The notes beneath the pieces are model-generated. The model did no database searches and was not told the origin of the DNA. It saw only the letters and a program-made list of their open reading frames with translations. A stretch of 64,000 bases of DNA, taken from contig JBHGNT010000010.1 of NCBI GenBank assembly GCA_043228905.1, positions 124,001 through 188,000 on the forward strand, written 5' to 3'. The DNA is from Azolla caroliniana. Taxonomy: Eukaryota > Plantae > Polypodiophyta. How positions within the stretch are numbered: position 1 is the first letter of the stretch; each line of letters opens with the position of its first letter. The position numbers were made by a program, and so were the translations under genes. This document shows, one piece after another, positions 56,701 through 64,000 of this stretch.

Positions 56701-58697
56701 GACCTGAGTTTCAAAATCTTGATTTTTTAATTCCATATCATAGGTAGCGTTGTTAGCTTCGATTCGCATGTTTGAACACAGTAATCCGGGATCACACGAG
56801 CCAGGTATAAACATTTTAATTTATTCACGCGCTCTTCTTAACTCCCTCCTCAAATTTGGTAATTTCTTCATGTCTCTCGACCTGAGTTTCAAAATCTTGA
56901 ATTTTTAATTCTATATCATAGGTAGCGTTGTTAGCTTCGAATCGCATGTTTGAACACAAAAATCCGATATCACTTGCGCCAGGTATGAACATTTTAATTT
57001 ACTCACGGGCTCTTCTCAACTCCCTCTTCTAACTTGCCAATTTCTTCATGTCTCTCGACCTGAGTTTCAAAATCTTGATTTTTTAATTCCATATCATTGG
57101 TAGCGTTGTTAGCTTCGATTCGTATGTTTGAACACAGAAATCCGGGATCACACGAGCCAGGTATGAACATTTTAATTTACTCACGGGCTCCTCTCAACTC
57201 CCTCCTCAAATTTGGTAATTTCTTCATGTCTCTCGACCTGAGTTTCAAAATCTTGAATTTTTAATTGTATATCATAGGTAGCGTTTTTAGCTTCGAATCA
57301 CATGTTTGAACACAAAAATCCGATATCACATGGGCCAGGTATGAACATTTTAATTTACTCAAGGCCTCTTCTCGACTCCCTCTTCTAACTTGCCAATTTC
57401 TTCATGTCTCTCGACCTGAGTTTCAAAATCTTGATTTTTTAATTCCATATCATTGGTAGCGTTGTTAGCTTCGATTCGTATGTTTGAACACAGAAATCCG
57501 GGATCACACGAGCCAGGTATAAACATTTTAATTTATTCACGCGCTCTTCTCAACTCCCTCCTCAAATTTGGTAATTTCTTCATGTCTCTCGACCTGAGTT
57601 TCAAAATCTTGAATTTTTAATTGTATATCATAGCTACCATTGTTAGCTTCGATTCGCATCTTTGAACACAAAAATCCGGGATCACACGAGCCAGGTATGA
57701 ACATTTTAATTTACTCACGCGCTCTTCTCAACTCCCTCCTCAAATTTGGTAATTTCTTCATGTCTCTCGACCTGAGTTTCAAAATCTTGATTTTTTAATT
57801 CTATATCTTAGGTAGCGTTGTTAGCTTCGATTCGCATGTTTGAACACAGAAATCCGGGATCACACGAGCCAGGTATGAACATTTTAATTTACTCACGGGC
57901 TCCTCTCAACTCCCTCCTCAAATTTGGTAATTTCTTCATGTCTCTCGACCTGAGTTTCAAAATCTTCATTTTTTAATTCCATATCATAGGTAGCGTTGTT
58001 AGCTTCGAATCGCACGTTTGAACACAGAAATTCGGAAGCACACGAGGCAGGTATGAACATTTTAATTTATTCACGCGCTCTTCTCAACTCCCTCCTCAAA
58101 TTTGGTAATTTCTTCATGTCTCTCGACCTGAGTTTCAAAATCTTGATTTTTTAATTCTATATCATAGCTAGTGTTGTTAGCTTCGATTCGCATCTTTGAA
58201 CACAAAAATTTGGTATCACACGAACCAGGTATGAAAATTTTAAATTAGTCACGGGCTCTTCTCAACTCCCTCCTCAAATTTGGTAATTTCTTCATGTCTC
58301 GCGCCCTGAGTTTCAAAATCTTGATTTTTTAATTCCATATCTTAGGTAGCGTTGTTAGCTTCGAATCGCAAGTTTGAACACAAAAATCCGAGATCACACG
58401 AGCCAGGTATGAACATTTTAATTTACTCTCCGGCTCTTCTCAACTCCCTCTTCTAACTTGCCAATTTCTTCATGTCTCTCGACCTGAGTTTCAAAATCTT
58501 GATTTTTTAATTCCATATCATAGGTAGCGTTGTTAGCTTCGATTCGCATGTTTGAACACAGAAATCCGGGATCACACGAGCCAGGTATGAACATTTTAAA
58601 TTAGTCACGGGCTCTTCTCAACTCCTTCTTCTAACTTGCCAATTTCTTCATGTCTCTCGACCTGAGTTTCAAAATCTTGATTTTTTAATTCCATATT

Positions 58698-61600
58698 ATA
58701 GGTAGCGTTGTTAGCTTCGAATCGCATGTTTGAACACAAAAATCCGATATCACTTGCGCCAGGTATGAACATTTTAATTTACTCACGGGCTCTTCTCAAC
58801 TCCCTCTTCTAACTTGCCAATTTCTTCATGTCTCTCGACCTGAGTTTCAAAATCTTGATTTTATAATTCCATATCATAGGTAGCGTTGTTAGCTTCGAGT
58901 CGCATGTTTGAACACAGAAATCCGGGATCACACGAGCCAAATATGAACATTTTAATTTATTCACGCGCTCTTCTCAACCTCCTCCTCAAATTTGGTAATT
59001 TCTTCATGTCTCTCGACCTGAGTTTCAAAATCTTGATTTTTTAATTCTATATCATAGGTAGCGTTATTAGCTTCGAATCGCATGTTTGAACACAAAAATC
59101 CGGGATCACACGAGCCAGGTCTGAACATTTTAATTTACTCACGGGCTCCTCTCAACTCCCTCCTCAAATTTGGTAATTTCTTCATGTCTCTCGACCTAAG
59201 TTTCAAAATCTTGATTTTTTAATTCTATATCATAGGTAGCGTTGTTAGCTTCGAATCGCATGTTTGAACACAAAAATCCGGAATCACACGAGCCAGGTAT
59301 GAACATTTTAATTTACTCACGGGCTCCTCTTAACTCCCTCCTCAAATTTCGTAATTTCTTCATGTCTCTCGACCTGAGTTTCAAAATCTTGATTTTTTAA
59401 TTCCATATCATAGGTAGCGTTGTTAGCTTCGAATCGCATGTTTGAACACAAAAATCCGGGATCACACGAGGCAGGTATGAACATTTTAATTTACTCACGG
59501 GCTCCTCTCAACTCCCTCTTCTAACTCGCTAATTTGTTCATGTCTCTCGACCTGAGTTTCAAAATCTTGATTTATTAATTCCATATCATAGGTAGCGTTG
59601 TTAGCTTCGAATCACATGTTTGAACACAAAAATCCGATATCACATGGGCCAGGTATGAACATTTTAATTTACTCACGGGCTCTTCTCAACTCCCTCCTCA
59701 AATTTGGTACTTTCTTCATGTCTCTCGACCTGAGTTTCAAAATCTTGATTTTTTAATTCTATAACATAGGTAGCGTTGTTAGCTTCGAATCCCATGTTTG
59801 AACACAAAAATCCGGGATCACACGAGCCAGGTATGAACATTTTAATTTACTCACGGGCTCCTCTCAACTCCCTCCTCAAATTTGGTAATTTCTTCATGTC
59901 TCTCGACCTGAGTTTCAAAATCTTGAATTTTTAATTGTATATCATAGGTAGCGTTTTTAGCTTCGAATCACATGTTTGAACACAAAAATCCGTTATCACA
60001 TGGGCCAGGTATGAACATTTTAATTTACTCAAGGCCTCTTCTCGACTCCCTCTTCTAACTTGCCAATTTCTTCATGTCTCTCGACCTGAGTTTCAAAATC
60101 TTGATTTTTTAATTCCATATCTTAGGTAGCGTTGTTAGCTTCGAATCGCAAGTTTGAACACAAAAATCTGAGATCACACGAACCAGGTATGAACATTTTA
60201 ATTTACTCACGCGCTCTTCTCAACTCCCTCCTCAAATTTGATAATTTTTTCATGTCTCTCGACCTGAGTTTCAAAATCTTGATTTTTTAATTCCATATCA
60301 TAGGTAGCGTTGTTAGCTTCGATTCGCATGTTTGAACACAGAAGTCCGGGATCACACGAGCCAGGTATGAACATTTTAAATTAGTCACGGGCTATTCTCA
60401 ACTCCCTCCTCAAATTTGGTAATTTCTTCATGTCTCTCGACCTGAGTTTTAAAATCTTGATTTTTTAATTCCAAATCTTAGGTAGCGTTGTTAGCTTCGA
60501 TTCGCATGTTTGAACACAGAAATCCGGGATCACACGAGCCAGTATAAACATTTTAATTTACTCACCCGCTCTTCTCAACTCCCTCCTCAAATTTGATAAT
60601 TTCTTCATGTCTCTCGACCTGAGTTTCAAAATCTTGATTTTTTAATTCCATATCATAGGTAGCGTTGTTAGCTTCGAATCGCATGTTTGAACACAAAAAT
60701 CCGATATCACTTGCGCCAGGTATGAACATTTTAATTTACTCACGGGCTCTTCTCAACTCCCTCTTCTAACTTGCCAATTTCTTCATGTCTCTCGACCTGA
60801 GTTTCAAAATCTTGATTTTATAATTCCATATCATAGGTAGCGTTGTTAGCTTCGAGTCGCATGTTTGAACACAGAAATCCGGGATCACACGAGCCAAATA
60901 TGAACATTTTAATTTATTCACGCGCTCTTCTCAACCTCCTCCTCAAATTTGGTAATTTCTTCATGTCTCTCGACCTGAGTTTCAAAATCTTGATTTTTTA
61001 ATTCTATATCATAGGTAGCGTTATTAGCTTCGAATCGCATGTTTGAACACAAAAATCCGGTATCACACGAGCCAGGTCTGAACATTTTAATTTACTCACG
61101 GGCTCCTCTCAACTCCCTCCTCAAATTTGGTAATTTCTTCATGTCTCTCGACCTAAGTTTCAAAATCTTGATTTTTTAATTCTATATCATAGGTAGCGTT
61201 GTTAGCTTCGAATCGCATGTTTGAACACAAAAATCCGGAATCACACGAGCCAGGTATGAACATTTTAATTTACTCACGGGCTCCTCTTAACTCCCTCCTC
61301 AAATTTCGTAATTTCTTCATGTCTCTCGACCTGAGTTTCAAAATCTTGATTTTTTAATTCTATATCATAGGTAGCGTTGTTAGCTTCGAATCGCATGTTT
61401 GAACACAAAAATCCGGGATCACACGAGGCAGGTATGAACATTTTAATTTACTCACGGGCTCCTCTCAACTCCCTCTTCTAACTCGCTAATTTGTTCATGT
61501 CTCTCGACCTGAGTTTCAAAATCTTGATTTATTAATTCCATATCATAGGTAGCGTTGTTAGCTTCGAATCACATGTTTGAACACAAAAATCCGATATCAC

Positions 61601-64000
61601 ATGGGCCAGGTATGAACATTTTAATTTACTCACGGGCTCTTCTCAACTCCCTCCTCAAATTTGGTACTTTCTTCATGTCTCTCGACCTGAGTTTCAAAAT
61701 CTTGATTTTTTAATTCTATAACATAGGTAGCGTTGTTAGCTTCGAATCCCATGTTTGAACACAAAAATCCGGGATCACACGAGCCAGGTATGAACATTTT
61801 AATTTACTCACGGGCTCCTCTCAACTCCCTCCTCAAATTTGGTAATTTCTTCATGTCTCTCGACCTGAGTTTCAAAATCTTGAATTTTTAATTGTATATC
61901 ATAGGTAGCGTTTTTAGCTTCGAATCACATGTTTGAACACAAAAATCCGATATCACATGGGCCAGGTATGAACATTTTAATTTACTCAAGGCCTCTTCTC
62001 GACTCCCTCTTCTAACTTGCCAATTTCTTCATGTCTCTCGACCTGAGTTTCAAAATCTTGATTTTTTAATTCCATATCTTAGGTAGCGTTGTTAGCTTCG
62101 AATCGCAAGTTTGAACACAAAAATCTGAGATCACACGAACCAGGTATGAACATTTTAATTTACTCACGCGCTCTTCTCAACTCCCTCCTCAAATTTGATA
62201 ATTTTTTCATGTCTCTCGACCTGAGTTTCAAAATCTTGATTTTTTAATTCCATATCATAGGTAGCGTTGTTAGCTTCGATTCGCATGTTTGAACACAGAA
62301 GTCCGGGATCACACGAGCCAGGTATGAACATTTTAAATTAGTCACGGGCTATTCTCAACTCCCTCCTCAAATTTGGTAATTTCTTCATGTCTCTCGACCT
62401 GAGTTTTAAAATCTTGATTTTTTAATTCCAAATCTTAGGTAGCGTTGTTAGCTTCGATTCGCATGTTTGAACACAGAAATCCGGGATCACACGAGCCAGT
62501 ATAAACATTTTAATTTACTCACCCGCTCTTCTCAACTCCCTCCTCAAATTTGATAATTTCTTCATGTCTCTCGACCTGAGTTTCAAAATCTTGATTTTTT
62601 AATTCCATATCATAGGTAGCGTTGTTAGCTTCGAATCGCATGTTTGAACACAAAAATCCGATATCACTTGCGCCAGGTATGAACATTTTAATTTACTCAC
62701 GGGCTCTTCTCAACTCCCTCTTCTAACTTGCCAATTTCTTCATGTCTCTCGACCTGAGTTTCAAAATCTTGATTTTATAATTCCATATCATAGGTAGCGT
62801 TGTTAGCTTCGAGTCGCATGTTTGAACACAGAAATCCGGGATCACACGAGCCAAATATGAACATTTTAATTTATTCACGCGCTCTTCTCAACCTCCTCCT
62901 CAAATTTGGTAATTTCTTCATGTCTCTCGACCTGAGTTTCAAAATCTTGATTTTTTAATTCTATATCATAGGTAGCGTTATTAGCTTCGAATCGCATGTT
63001 TGAACACAAAAATCCGGGATCACACGAGCCAGGTCTGAACATTTTAATTTACTCACGGGCTCCTCTCAACTCCCTCCTCAAATTTGGTAATTTCTTCATG
63101 TCTCTCGACCTAAGTTTCAAAATCTTGATTTTTTAATTCTATATCATAGGTAGCGTTGTTAGCTTCGAATCGCATGTTTGAACACAAAAATCCGGAATCA
63201 CACGAGCCAGGTATGAACATTTTAATTTACTCACGGGCTCCTCTTAACTCCCTCCTCAAATTTCGTAATTTCTTCATGTCTCTCGACCTGAGTTTCAAAA
63301 TCTTGATTTTTTAATTCTATATCATAGGTAGCGTTGTTAGCTTCGAATCGCATGTTTGAACACAAAAATCCGGGATCACACGAGGCAGGTATGAACATTT
63401 TAATTTACTCACGGGCTCCTCTCAACTCCCTCTTCTAACTCGCTAATTTGTTCATGTCTCTCGACCTGAGTTTCAAAATCTTGATTTATTAATTCCATAT
63501 CATAGGTAGCGTTGTTAGCTTCGAATCACATGTTTGAACACAAAAATCCGATATCACATGGGCCAGGTATGAACATTTTAATTTACTCACGGGCTCTTCT
63601 CAACTCCCTCCTCAAATTTGGTACTTTCTTCATGTCTCTCGACCTGAGTTTCAAAATCTTGATTTTTTAATTCTATAACATAGGTAGCGTTGTTAGCTTC
63701 GAATCCCATGTTTGAACACAAAAATCCGGGATCACACGAGCCAGGTATGAACATTTTAATTTACTCACGGGCTCCTCTCAACTCCCTCCTCAAATTTGGT
63801 AATTTTTTCATGTCTCTCGACCTGAGTTTCAAAATCTTGAATTTTTAATTGTATATCATAGGTAGCGTTTTTAGCTTCGAATCACATGTTTGAACACAAA
63901 AATCCGATATCACATGGGCCAGGTATGAACATTTTAATTTACTCAAGGCCTCTTCTCGACTCCCTCTTCTAACTTGCCAATTTCTTCATGTCTCTCGACC
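58698..64000. repeat. 11-monomer HOR (1957 bp), at least 2.7 tandem copies, running off the end of the window
   Basis: GCGTTATTAG is at 59061, 61018 and 62975. GGTCTGAAC, GACCTAAG, TTTCGTAA, GGTACTTT and GCGTTTTTAG recur at the period 1957 = 11x178-1. Confidence 0.95.

Larger units (their letters stand above)
1..64000. repeat. Tandem satellite array, 178-bp monomer, about 360 copies, single orientation; putative centromeric or pericentromeric satellite
   Basis: AAATTTGGTAATTTC starts at 1 and 179, and the same monomer continues to 64000. Spacings between diagnostic variants equal multiples of 178 minus visible indels (e.g. 1602 = 9x178, 5696 = 32x178, 2669 = 15x178-1). The centromeric role is only an inference from monomer length and organisation. 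Confidence 0.99.

Noticed and set aside
1-64000. CRISPR array or other repeat-spacer system
   Set aside because: There are no unique spacers; the entire 178 bp is repeated with point variants, and no cas or other genes are present.
1-64000. 5S rDNA, tRNA or snRNA tandem cluster
   Set aside because: I recognise no 5S sequence, Pol III A/B/C boxes or cloverleaf, and variants are spread over the whole unit. An Rfam/Infernal search would settle it.
14075-64000. HOR sizes descending 17, 15, 13, 11 along the window
   Set aside because: The HORs are built from different monomer sets, and 9- and 6-monomer periods lie between them. With four values this is most likely coincidence.
1-64000. Embedded retrotransposon, telomeric repeats or strand inversion
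   Set aside because: I saw no non-satellite segment and no reverse-complement monomer anywhere in the window.

Overview
The whole 64-kb window is one uninterrupted head-to-tail array of a 178-bp satellite: about 360 monomers, all in the same orientation, about 39% GC by my count of the consensus. Consensus: AAATTTGGTAATTTCTTCATGTCTCTCGACCTGAGTTTCAAAATCTTGATTTTTTAATTCCATATCATAGGTAGCGTTGTTAGCTTCGAATCGCATGTTTGAACACAAAAATCCGGGATCACACGAGCCAGGTATGAACATTTTAATTTACTCACGGGCTCCTCTCAACTCCCTCCTC. I find no genes, RNA genes, CRISPR array, transposon insertion or inversion, and the five listed ORFs are by-products of the repeat. The nucleosome-sized monomer and the CG/CHG transition pattern suggest a eukaryotic, probably plant, centromeric or pericentromeric satellite, but I cannot name the family or species. 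I found no new protein-coding system; the information lies in the variant structure. There are two interspersed monomer haplotypes and several local higher-order repeats (HORs) of 17, 15, 13 and 11 monomers, plus partial 9- and 6-monomer periods. There are also dispersed block copies, microhomology-flanked deletions, one locally templated insertion, and a cluster of three deletions at about 51.5 kb that coincides with a change in variant set. All comparisons were made by eye using diagnostic variants, so block boundaries are approximate.
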